A stretch of DNA of 47,631 nt from a virus. Lineage: Duplodnaviria; Caudoviricetes. The translations under genes were made by a program, and so were the position numbers. Positions within the stretch are counted from its first letter, which is position 1; each line of letters opens with the position of its first letter. Shown here one piece after another: positions 25,835-33,471 of this stretch. Location of the stretch: the IMG/VR virus record IMGVR_UViG_3300033489_000015, positions 1-47,631 of that record; one strand, written 5' to 3'. A model generated the notes under the pieces. The model was not told the DNA's origin. It was given only the letters and a program-made list of their open reading frames with translations, and did not search any database.

Positions 25835-26296
25835 ATGTTTGATATTTATGGTCAGCCGGATTGGGATGAAGGGTACACGGCCGGTCGGTGTAAGTTGTCT
25901 GATCTTGAGCAGTTATGGCCCTACCCTCGTCCTATTGGCTACAAGGCGGGATGTGCTTGCGACAGGGAGTTACTGCCAACTGCCGGTGGTCTGACGGTAC
26001 GGGAGATAAAAGATAGTTTGCTCCAGGTTTTTCTTGGATACCGCGTTGAGACAAGTGGGTTGTTGCCCAGGACACATGGGGTGATTCGATACAAGCGATG
26101 GAAGAGATTGAATCGTCCTGACAAAATCAAGGAGGTTCTGCGGCAGGAGCCGTTGTTTTTTTTGGTGAATAGAGAACGGCTCTGGTGTCATCCGGATAAT
26201 GTAGCTGTTCTTCGAAGGCTGTGTTCGCGGCGTCGGAGATTTCCGTTGGCTTTACGGATTTCGAGGGCAAGAAATGACGTATGCCGTTCTGGGTAG
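25835..26296 (+). CDS. Hypothetical basic protein
   Basis: AGGAGG RBS; 153 aa. Confidence 0.5.
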   Translation: MFDIYGQPDWDEGYTAGRCKLSDLEQLWPYPRPIGYKAGCACDRELLPTAGGLTVREIKDSLLQVFLGYRVETSGLLPRTHGVIRYKRWKRLNRPDKIKEVLRQEPLFFLVNRERLWCHPDNVAVLRRLCSRRRRFPLALRISRARNDVCRSG

Positions 26297-26316
26297 AGTT
26301 TAAGGTGGTTGGATTG

Positions 26317-26895
26317 ATGGAACGAGCGGTGTTGCCTATCGATAAGGTCCTTGTGGAGACGATGATGCGCGTGTCGAGGTACTGGGCGTGGCGGACGGGC
26401 TACTCCGACGCTGTGGTGGATGTGGAGGATCTCGTTCAGATTGGACTTCTGGGGGGGCTCAAGGCTGTCGATCGATGGGAACCTGGGAAGGGGAAGTTCA
26501 TCACGTTCATCACGCCTTACGTCCGGGGGGCGATTCTCGAGTACATCCGCAGGGCGCGCGCCTGTCGTAGACAGAAGGGCGGAGGAGTTTTCTTGGGGAC
26601 GTCGAGGTTTTCTGAGATTGTTGCGGAGGGGGCAGACATGGATGACCTTCTCCCCGGGACGCTGGATGCGGATAGTGCCCTTGAGGTGGAAGAGGAGCTT
26701 GAGGCGATTAAGGCGAGGAGGCACATCTCAGACCGGGACTGGCTCGTCCTCGTGTGCAGGTATGGAGAGGGGAGGTCTCAGAAAGAGGCGGGGGAGGCCC
26801 TTGGGCTTACGGGGGCGATGATCTCTGTTATCGAGAAGAACCTGAGGGAGAGGCTGGGTATTCGTAGGCTTCGTAGACAAAAGGTCGGGGCCTGA
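26317..26895 (+). CDS. Phage-encoded sigma70-family sigma factor (FliA/SigB-like regions 2 and 4)
   Basis: EDLVQIGLLGGLKAVDRWEPGKG.FITF..PYVRGAILEYIR (region 2); RYGEGRSQKEAGEALGLTGAMISVIEK (region 4 HTH). Alternative start at 26281. Confidence 0.88.
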   Translation: MERAVLPIDKVLVETMMRVSRYWAWRTGYSDAVVDVEDLVQIGLLGGLKAVDRWEPGKGKFITFITPYVRGAILEYIRRARACRRQKGGGVFLGTSRFSEIVAEGADMDDLLPGTLDADSALEVEEELEAIKARRHISDRDWLVLVCRYGEGRSQKEAGEALGLTGAMISVIEKNLRERLGIRRLRRQKVGA

Positions 26896-26903
26896 AATCA
26901 GTT

Positions 26904-26965
26904 TGGTGCGGAATGGTGCGGAATGGTGCGGAATGGTGCGGAATGGTGCGGAATGGTGCGGAATG
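26904..26965 (+). repeat. Perfect tandem repeat (TGGTGCGGAA)x6
   Basis: Visible in the sequence; intergenic, just after the sigma gene. Confidence 0.95.
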
Positions 26966-27034
26966 ACGGCCCGCCGTTCGGGGCAAGGAAGTTGCCGGAC
27001 AGGGGATGTCGCAAAAGGAGGCCGGGTTGTCGGC

Positions 27035-27247
27035 ATGACGAAACTACTCTACGGCAAAGAAGGGCTGGCTGAGCGGCTTGGCGGCGTGTACGCGTGGTGC
27101 ATCTGCAAGGCGGGGATGTACGAGGGTTGTGGCCTGGCGTACTGGAGGAGGTGGGCGTACATCGACGGGGCTACGCAGGCATTCCCTCGGCCGTTCAGGG
27201 TGAGGCGGTTGATGGACAGGGGGCGGCACTGGGACAGGAAGGGGTGA
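27035..27247 (+). CDS. Hypothetical protein
   Basis: ATG at 27035 in the 26903 frame; AAGGAGG somewhat far upstream. Confidence 0.4.
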   Translation: MTKLLYGKEGLAERLGGVYAWCICKAGMYEGCGLAYWRRWAYIDGATQAFPRPFRVRRLMDRGRHWDRKG

Positions 27248-27250
27248 TTG

Positions 27251-27640
27251 ATGAAGAAGATTTTGACTTTGAGGCGGTGGATTTTTTATGTACCTATCTA
27301 CGGCGTTGACCTTTGCCTGTTGCATGGGCCCGCGGCTGCGGCGAATGAGTATATAGCCGAGCGGTTTGGTATTCGTGATGCGATTTCACCTCGACATGCG
27401 GGCCATGCTATGACTATTGTGAACACGAAGACGCAGGGCGTTGAGTACCTAATCTGGACTACGAACAGGACAAAGAGGTCGGCCGATCTCGTCTATGATC
27501 TCTGTCATGAGACGCATCACACTGCGTTCGACATCCTTAGAAACGCTTCGGTTGTAGTGACGGACGACCACGAAGCCTCAGCCTATCTACAAGAGTACCT
27601 GTTCAGGGAATGCTGGAGACGCATGGGACGGACGGATTGA
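27251..27640 (+). CDS. HExxH zincin-like metallopeptidase-domain protein
   Basis: LCHETHHTAFDIL...DHEASAYLQEYLF. Confidence 0.7.
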   Translation: MKKILTLRRWIFYVPIYGVDLCLLHGPAAAANEYIAERFGIRDAISPRHAGHAMTIVNTKTQGVEYLIWTTNRTKRSADLVYDLCHETHHTAFDILRNASVVVTDDHEASAYLQEYLFRECWRRMGRTD

Positions 27641-27664
27641 TAAGATGAATAGTCAATTTTCCTC

Positions 27665-27693
27665 TTGACATCTCAAGGGGTCCGCGGTAGTCT
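27665..27693 (+). promoter_or_regulatory. Sigma70 promoter
   Basis: TTGACA-N17-TAGTCT. Confidence 0.75.
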
Positions 27694-27700
27694 CTCCCCT

Positions 27701-27790
27701 GCCATGACAATGATCCTGACATCTTGTTGAACCCCGACCCGCGAAAGGCACGCCCCGTGGTATGTCATGGCCGCGGGCTCGGGGTTTTTA
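27701..27790 (+). ncRNA. Candidate ~90-nt small RNA or attenuator leader
   Basis: Starts at the predicted +1; stem AACCCCGA-CCCGCG / CGCGGG-C-TCGGGGTT plus T-run; internal TGTCATGGC is complementary to GCCATGACA. Confidence 0.45.
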
Positions 27791-27827
27791 TGGAGTCCAA
27801 TGACGACTGTCGCCCAAGAGGATTACG

Positions 27828-28127
27828 ATGACGCAGTGGCGCGTTCTGGCGATTGCAAGGCGACGAAATCAGATGCAAGAACCATACGAGAACGGCTCGT
27901 GCCCCGATGGCACGGCCGCGGACCCGGAAACGTCCCTATTCCGGAGGTGGACCCCGGCCCAGGAAGCAAACCACCGGGAGATGGCGTACATCTGCGAGAG
28001 GCTGGCCCTCCGTTTCCAGGACAAACCCTTCTCGGTCCAGGAGTTTAACCAGGCGTATGAAGCGGAGATCCACGAGCCCAACAGTTGGGACGGCGGAAAT
28101 AAGGCCGTGGCGGACGAAGATGAGTAG
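27828..28127 (+). CDS. Hypothetical protein
   Basis: GAGG RBS; 99 aa; frame choice uncertain. Confidence 0.4.
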   Translation: MTQWRVLAIARRRNQMQEPYENGSCPDGTAADPETSLFRRWTPAQEANHREMAYICERLALRFQDKPFSVQEFNQAYEAEIHEPNSWDGGNKAVADEDE

Positions 28128-28163
28128 GGGGCCGGACAAGGACAAATTTTGAAAGGAGCTACA

Positions 28164-28439
28164 ATGAATGACGCGAAGGCTGGACAAAGAGAAGGCGCAA
28201 TAACTGTTGGGATCAACGCCCTAATGGCGCTTGCAAAGGAGTATGAAGAGATCGCCACCCTCTTAAATCAGCGGTTAATGGGCGCTTGCAGACCAAGCGT
28301 ACCCACCATCCCCGGCGATCAGATCGGCCCCGAATCTGTCCCGGCGGCCCCAATAGCCAGGGACCTCAAGGCTATTGAAAACAGCCTCAAGATAAGCAGG
28401 GGGGTTATCGCTGATGTCCTGTCCAGGATGGAGCTTTGA
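28164..28439 (+). CDS. Hypothetical protein
   Basis: GAAAGGAG RBS before the ATG at 28164. Confidence 0.65.
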   Translation: MNDAKAGQREGAITVGINALMALAKEYEEIATLLNQRLMGACRPSVPTIPGDQIGPESVPAAPIARDLKAIENSLKISRGVIADVLSRMEL

Positions 28440-28661
28440 TCCCTCACTCTCCGTTTATAGAAGATGAGTGACGAACAAGGGACCGCAGCGGCATGGAAGG
28501 ACACGCCTATAAGCGACGATGAGGCCCAGATGGTATCGTCAGGAATGCGTGAACACTCGATGATGTCTTGCAAGCATCTTTGCGCGTGGGGCGCATCGCT
28601 CCTCTGGGAGTCGGTACTCAAGCCCGGCCTGCGGTCCCTGTTCTTTGAAAGGAGAAAGAGT

Positions 28662-28961
28662 ATGCGATGCCCGAAATGTAAGAAGGGAAGGATGGCATAT
28701 CATCCAGATCATTCCTATACGAGTTGTACTCACTGTGATTACCGCAACGGACACGTCAGTTTCATTCATAAGGTGCGTAAGCATAAAACATATAGACAGG
28801 AATTCCTGTCCATCACCAGATCCCCCATGAATAAACTGATCTGGTTTCTTGAATTGAAGTGCGGTCACGCGAAATGGATCACACGCAAGAGTCGTCCCCA
28901 AGGGAAGGCGTATCCATGCCAAATGTGTCGTAAGATAGACGAAGGATTAACAGGAGACTGA
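28662..28961 (+). CDS. Double Zn-finger protein (may extend in frame to 28464)
   Basis: AAAGGAG RBS; CPKC...CTHC; LKCGH...CQMC. Confidence 0.6.
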   Translation: MRCPKCKKGRMAYHPDHSYTSCTHCDYRNGHVSFIHKVRKHKTYRQEFLSITRSPMNKLIWFLELKCGHAKWITRKSRPQGKAYPCQMCRKIDEGLTGD

Positions 28962-29015
28962 CAAGATGCTTGAATCCATCGGCCTAAGGTCCCTGTTCTT
29001 TGAGAAAGGAGAAAG

Positions 29016-29207
29016 ATGAAAGCAGAAATAAGGATCAACCTAGACCAAAGATGTGTCGAGTGTGGCAAGCCTGGGGCAAGCCAGAATGGGCTATGCCTGG
29101 GATGTGTCAATAAGGCAATTCGACACAAGCACATGAAGTCGAGGGAAGGCAAGGCGTGTCAGATTCGGTTTGAACAGAGTATTGCAAAGGCTAAGGGAAA
29201 TGCTTGA
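29016..29207 (+). CDS. Small Zn-finger protein
   Basis: CVECG...LCLGC; RBS supplied by the repeat. Confidence 0.7.
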   Translation: MKAEIRINLDQRCVECGKPGASQNGLCLGCVNKAIRHKHMKSREGKACQIRFEQSIAKAKGNA

Positions 29208-29248
29208 ATCCATCGGCCTAAGGTCCCCGTTCTTTGAAAGGAGACAGC

Positions 29249-29566
29249 ATGAAAGACTTTGACCCGAACAGCGAGGAAGATTGCAAGGAATGGTTAAAAA
29301 TGTGGGGAGAACAAGGTGAAACTACAAGTCTGTCCCATGAGCTTGCTCTTGCCCACGCCAAGAGGATGACGGAGCCGTGCGAGTGGAGGGAGGAGGAGAA
29401 TGGAGGATGGGAATGTGGAACGTTCCATGAATTTCATGAGGGCGGACCGACAGCCAATGGATTTCACTTTTGTCCCTACTGTGCCCACCCTATCAAAGAG
29501 GTCCCCTTTAAGGACAAGAAGGTTCGTAAGCCTACTCAATCAGAGATTGATGAGTTGTCTTTTTAG
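29249..29566 (+). CDS. Zn-ribbon protein
   Basis: CEW...WECG...GFHFCPYCAHPI; RBS supplied by the repeat. Confidence 0.7.
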   Translation: MKDFDPNSEEDCKEWLKMWGEQGETTSLSHELALAHAKRMTEPCEWREEENGGWECGTFHEFHEGGPTANGFHFCPYCAHPIKEVPFKDKKVRKPTQSEIDELSF

Positions 29567-29583
29567 GGCGGGATGGAGGCTCA

Positions 29584-30456
29584 ATGGAAAGTGAAATGAA
29601 GATCACCGGCCTTGCTCCATGGTTCGGTGCAAAGCGCACCCTTGCCCCTACCATCGTCCGTCTCTTGGGCAAACATCACGCCTACTGGGAGCCGTTCTGT
29701 GGATCGATGGCGGTTCTGTTCGCAAAGCAAGCCTGTAGAAATGAGACGCTGAACGACATGAATGGGCACGTTGTAAATCTAGCTAAGGTAGTTGCCTCCA
29801 ACGAAGGCCCTGCCCTCTTTGAGCGGCTTTTGCGTACAACTTTTTGCGAAACGGTTTTCCTTGAGGCCAAGGCCAGAGAGAAAGAATATCCCGATCGCAC
29901 AGGACTGGACGCGGCCTATGACTTCTTTGTAGAATCATGGATGGGCAAGAATGGTGTGGCCGGAACTCGCAAGTCAAACACATCCTTCTGTGTTCGCTAC
30001 ACCGCCAACGGCGGAGATCCGGCGACTCGATTTAAATCGGCGGTTGATTCCATTCCTGCCTGGGCCAATAGACTGAGAGGTGTCTGGATATTACAGCGGG
30101 ACGCCTTTGAGTTGATACCCCGCATCGAAGATAAGTCCGGGACCGCTATCTATGTAGATCCCCCCTACCTCAAGAAGGGGGCCAGGTACATCCACGACTT
30201 CAAGCCGGAGGACCACGCCAGACTGGCCGAGACGCTGGCCCGATTTCGACAGGCCCGCGTGGTCGTATCTTACTACCAGGACCCCTTATTGGAGGAACTG
30301 TACCCTCGATCCGCATGGACGCACATTGAGGCCTTTCAGACCAAGTCCCTTTTGTCGCAAGGGCAACTCGGCAAGACGGGCGAATTTGTTGTAGCCCCAG
30401 AGATGTTGATAGTCAACGGGGTCGATGTCACTACTCTTTTTGACGAACACAAATGA
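29584..30456 (+). CDS. DNA adenine methyltransferase (D12 class, Dam-like)
   Basis: PWFGAK, YWEPFCGS, LNDMNG, YVDPPY; target specificity unknown. Confidence 0.92.
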   Translation: MESEMKITGLAPWFGAKRTLAPTIVRLLGKHHAYWEPFCGSMAVLFAKQACRNETLNDMNGHVVNLAKVVASNEGPALFERLLRTTFCETVFLEAKAREKEYPDRTGLDAAYDFFVESWMGKNGVAGTRKSNTSFCVRYTANGGDPATRFKSAVDSIPAWANRLRGVWILQRDAFELIPRIEDKSGTAIYVDPPYLKKGARYIHDFKPEDHARLAETLARFRQARVVVSYYQDPLLEELYPRSAWTHIEAFQTKSLLSQGQLGKTGEFVVAPEMLIVNGVDVTTLFDEHK

Positions 30457-30480
30457 CCTATTTTTATTCGAGGATATGAC

Positions 30481-30642
30481 ATGGCCATCAAGGCCCACAA
30501 GGACGACAAGGAAGAACTTGTTCGACTGCGGAAGATCGCAGAGGCGGCAGTGGTGTGCTTGAAAGCGTCTAATTGGGCCGGATTGGCAGACGAAGAAATA
30601 AATCTTGAGTCTGCCCTCAAAGAGGGAGGCTATCTGAAATGA
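30481..30642 (+). CDS. Hypothetical protein (53 aa)
   Basis: GAGGA RBS; MAIKAHKDDKEELVRLRKIAEAA... Confidence 0.5.
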   Translation: MAIKAHKDDKEELVRLRKIAEAAVVCLKASNWAGLADEEINLESALKEGGYLK

Positions 30643-30760
30643 TGCTCGTCCCGCTCAAAAGCATGGACGAGCAGGACGCCCTTGTTGTTTGACGACACAA
30701 AAGGAGACCCTCAATGAAAATCATCTACCGGCCCAAGGGTAAGGCGGGATGGAGGAAGCC

Positions 30761-30919
30761 ATGAAGAAACGCCTACGCCGCTACCGCTGTAGTCATTGTG
30801 GGCACATACGGAAGGTTATGTCCGACAAGAAGTGGATTGCCGTTATTTGCTGTGGACACAACGGTAACGATCGAGATGCTAGGCTTGTTTTAGAGATGGC
30901 GGGCTGGAGGAAGGCATGA
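30761..30919 (+). CDS. Small Zn-finger-like protein (52 aa)
   Basis: GGAGG RBS; YRCSHCGH...ICC. Confidence 0.5.
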   Translation: MKKRLRRYRCSHCGHIRKVMSDKKWIAVICCGHNGNDRDARLVLEMAGWRKA

Positions 30920-30923
30920 CCCC

Positions 30924-31157
30924 GTGTATCAGATGAGTCCCGAACGAGTCATCGAGTTGTTGGTCGCGGGCGGCATCCCGCGTGAAAACATCCGGTCCAT
31001 GCCCATCCGCAAGGGTACGGCCATCTCGGTCTACAAGGAAGGCATGACCGTCCCCGTCATAGTCCCCGCCGAGATTGGGTTGGAAGGCGGAGAGGAACGG
31101 CTGGCAGAGGACGTTTTGGCCCTGTGGCGGGAAGGACCGCCCAACGCCGCCCATTAA
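30924..31157 (+). CDS. Hypothetical protein
   Basis: 77-aa ORF before terL; start may be the ATG at 30933. Confidence 0.5.
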   Translation: MYQMSPERVIELLVAGGIPRENIRSMPIRKGTAISVYKEGMTVPVIVPAEIGLEGGEERLAEDVLALWREGPPNAAH

Positions 31158-31164
31158 AATCCCC

Positions 31165-31197
31165 TTGACATCCCAATCGCCTCTGGTTAGAGGTATT
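31165..31197 (+). promoter_or_regulatory. Late promoter/operator motif A (upstream of terL)
   Basis: TTGACA-tcc-CAATCGCCTCTGGTTAGAGGTATT; matches the motif at 38928. Confidence 0.55.
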
Positions 31198-31202
31198 TGG
31201 GC

Positions 31203-32735
31203 ATGGATGAAGGTTCCCCCGATATCGTAGTGTGCAGTGAGCCCTGGGAGCGGGCCGATATCGTTACCTTTTTGCGGGACTGGATGGACTGGGATTTCGT
31301 CAAGTACCACGCCCAGGAGGTCATCTTCCGAGCCATTTACGACCTGCCCATGACGCAGAAGGACCGTGAGTTCTACGCACAGATCACGGGGGATACCACA
31401 TTCAAGTGCCTGGGCCACGGCGAGAAACAGCAGATCCAGATGAGATTGGGCGCCCGAGGGGGCAAATCAGAGTCCATCTCCGGCCTGGCTCTCTTTGAGT
31501 CCACACGGCCACGGTGGCGTCAGTACGTCAAGCCCGGCGAGTACCTGTACTGCATCATCACGGCCACGAGCCTCAAGCAGGCCCAGGACGTGGTCCAGAT
31601 GAAGTGTACACAGCGCCTGTACAACTCAAAGCTCGCCCACCTGGCCGCCACCGACAAGGCGTCCATGACCCGGATCGTCCTCAAGAACGCCAACGTCATC
31701 CAGAGCTTCCCCTACAACGATACGGCGGCCAGGGGCCTGCCTGCCTTCATGTTGATCTTCGACGAGGTTGCACACTATCGCAAGACCGGACCCCGCGAGG
31801 ACAACGTCGTCTACGACAGCCTGCGGCCCAGGCTTTCTCAGGTCCAGGGCGGCAAGGAGGCGTTCATCTCCACGCCCGCGACCAAGACGGGCCTGTTCTG
31901 GGACCTGGACAAGGAATCGGTGGACGCCCTGGCGGCCGGCTGCCCCCTGACGCATCGCTTTTCCTGCCATGCCCCAACCTGGGTCACCAATCCCAGCGTG
32001 GACATGGCCCTTATAAAGGATGAGTACCGCCGCAATCCCGACAACGCCCGGCGGGAGTTCGGGGCCGAGTTCGCGGAGAGCCTGACCAATGCCCTGCGGA
32101 CGGAGGATATCGACACCGTCCGCCTGATGGTGGACGAGATCCCGCCCGATTCGGGCCAGATGTACTTTGCCGGGATCGACCAAAGCGGATTGTCGGGCCG
32201 GGACCGGTTCTCGATGGCCGTCGCCCACATGGACACCAACCGCCACGTCGTCGTCGTGAATTGCGTGCTGTCCTGGGACACCAAGGACGCCGACGAACTG
32301 CGGCTTGGCATTAAACAACTTGTGAGCCGGTACAGCCTTTGGGAGACCTGCATCGACCGCTACGCGGGCGGGTGGGTGGCGCACTTCCTCAAGAGTTGCG
32401 GCCTGGAGGTCGTAACCAGCCCCATGTCCGGCGTAGCCTTCACGAACTTCAAGAGCAAGCTCCTGGCCCACGAACTGGAACTGCCCTTCGACCCCGGCCT
32501 GTACGATGCCCTCAAGGAAACCGACATCTGCTACGGACAGGGCCGAACGATCAGCGTCATACATCCCCGGACCAGCGATGGGCACGGCGACAAGGCCGAG
32601 GCCGCGTTCAGGGCCGTCTGGATGTGCGGCGGGGACGAGGAGAGGGCAGACAGGCCCGCGGCCCAATCGTACCGCGAGGCCGCGATCGCCAAGGCCGAGG
32701 AACAATATGACCCTTTGATGGATGGACTACGATGA
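31203..32735 (+). CDS. terL: Terminase large subunit
   Basis: Walker A RLGARGGKS, Walker B LIFDEVAH, coupling motif ISTP, nuclease AGIDQS...HGD. Confidence 0.9.
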   Translation: MDEGSPDIVVCSEPWERADIVTFLRDWMDWDFVKYHAQEVIFRAIYDLPMTQKDREFYAQITGDTTFKCLGHGEKQQIQMRLGARGGKSESISGLALFESTRPRWRQYVKPGEYLYCIITATSLKQAQDVVQMKCTQRLYNSKLAHLAATDKASMTRIVLKNANVIQSFPYNDTAARGLPAFMLIFDEVAHYRKTGPREDNVVYDSLRPRLSQVQGGKEAFISTPATKTGLFWDLDKESVDALAAGCPLTHRFSCHAPTWVTNPSVDMALIKDEYRRNPDNARREFGAEFAESLTNALRTEDIDTVRLMVDEIPPDSGQMYFAGIDQSGLSGRDRFSMAVAHMDTNRHVVVVNCVLSWDTKDADELRLGIKQLVSRYSLWETCIDRYAGGWVAHFLKSCGLEVVTSPMSGVAFTNFKSKLLAHELELPFDPGLYDALKETDICYGQGRTISVIHPRTSDGHGDKAEAAFRAVWMCGGDEERADRPAAQSYREAAIAKAEEQYDPLMDGLR

Positions 32736-33085
32736 TAATGCTTGCCGCCCTATTACCCTTGTTGTTTCCATTTGCTCTTTTGGCAACAGGCGTACTCAAA
32801 ATGCCGAAGAGTATCTTCGATACGCCCGCCCCAACTCAACCCACGAGTAGTTCGCCCAGCGTAGAGGCCTCGGTCTTCTCCGTTCGCAACGAGGTCCTGC
32901 GGCTCGGCGGCAGGATGAGCGGCAGTCTGGCCGGCACGCCGGGCAGTTTGCAGCAAAACCTCTTCTCCGAGGAACGATCGCAGATCATCCAAACCGAGAA
33001 ATCCCTTACGCCCAAGCCAACCCTGTTCACCGGGGAGTTGGCGCAGGCCTGGCCGCAGACGTCCAGAAAGGTGACCTCGCTATGA
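32732..33085 (+). CDS. Hypothetical protein with a hydrophobic N-terminus
   Basis: ATGA-coupled; could start internally at MPKSIF. Confidence 0.5.
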   Translation: MIMLAALLPLLFPFALLATGVLKMPKSIFDTPAPTQPTSSSPSVEASVFSVRNEVLRLGGRMSGSLAGTPGSLQQNLFSEERSQIIQTEKSLTPKPTLFTGELAQAWPQTSRKVTSL

Positions 33086-33471
33086 ATGTTGAAATCAAAT
33101 CAGCCATTATGGGAAAAGCCACGGTTTACTTTCAGCGAAGGCCAAATCTCTGTCTTAAAAAATGCGATATCTGTGGGACGGAGTTTAACATGGAGCCATG
33201 GTGTAACGATGCTATGGAACCGGGTCAGATAATAGGGACGTTCGATAAAAGTAGTTCTCGCGGAGGGAATATATTCAATGCGACAGTTTGTTCGCTGGCT
33301 TGTGCCGACCTTATATTTCGCGGAGGATGGAAGAAGATGAGAGAATATCGGGATTTTGCGAAAAAGAAGGCGGTTCTGGTAAGAATTGAAGTAGGAATGA
33401 CATCTTTATTTGTATCCAAGGGAAAGGCTATTGATAGATGGAATCAAATTCCGTTGAGGAGATCCCCATGA
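33082..33471 (+). CDS. AT-rich hypothetical Zn-binding protein inserted before the portal gene
   Basis: CDICG...VCSLAC; ATGA overlaps on both sides. Confidence 0.55.
   Translation: MNVEIKSAIMGKATVYFQRRPNLCLKKCDICGTEFNMEPWCNDAMEPGQIIGTFDKSSSRGGNIFNATVCSLACADLIFRGGWKKMREYRDFAKKKAVLVRIEVGMTSLFVSKGKAIDRWNQIPLRRSP

Larger units (their letters stand above)
28626..29251 (+). repeat. Three RBS-containing direct repeats (28626-28659, 28966-29015, 29200-29244)
   Basis: GGCCTnnGGTCCCYGTTCTTTGA(GA)AAGGAGA; copies 2 and 3 also share ATGCTTGAATCCATC. Confidence 0.85.

Noticed and set aside
26904-26965. CRISPR array
   Set aside because: Contiguous 10-bp units with no spacers and no cas genes. The 28.6-29.3 kb repeats are separated by whole genes, not spacers.
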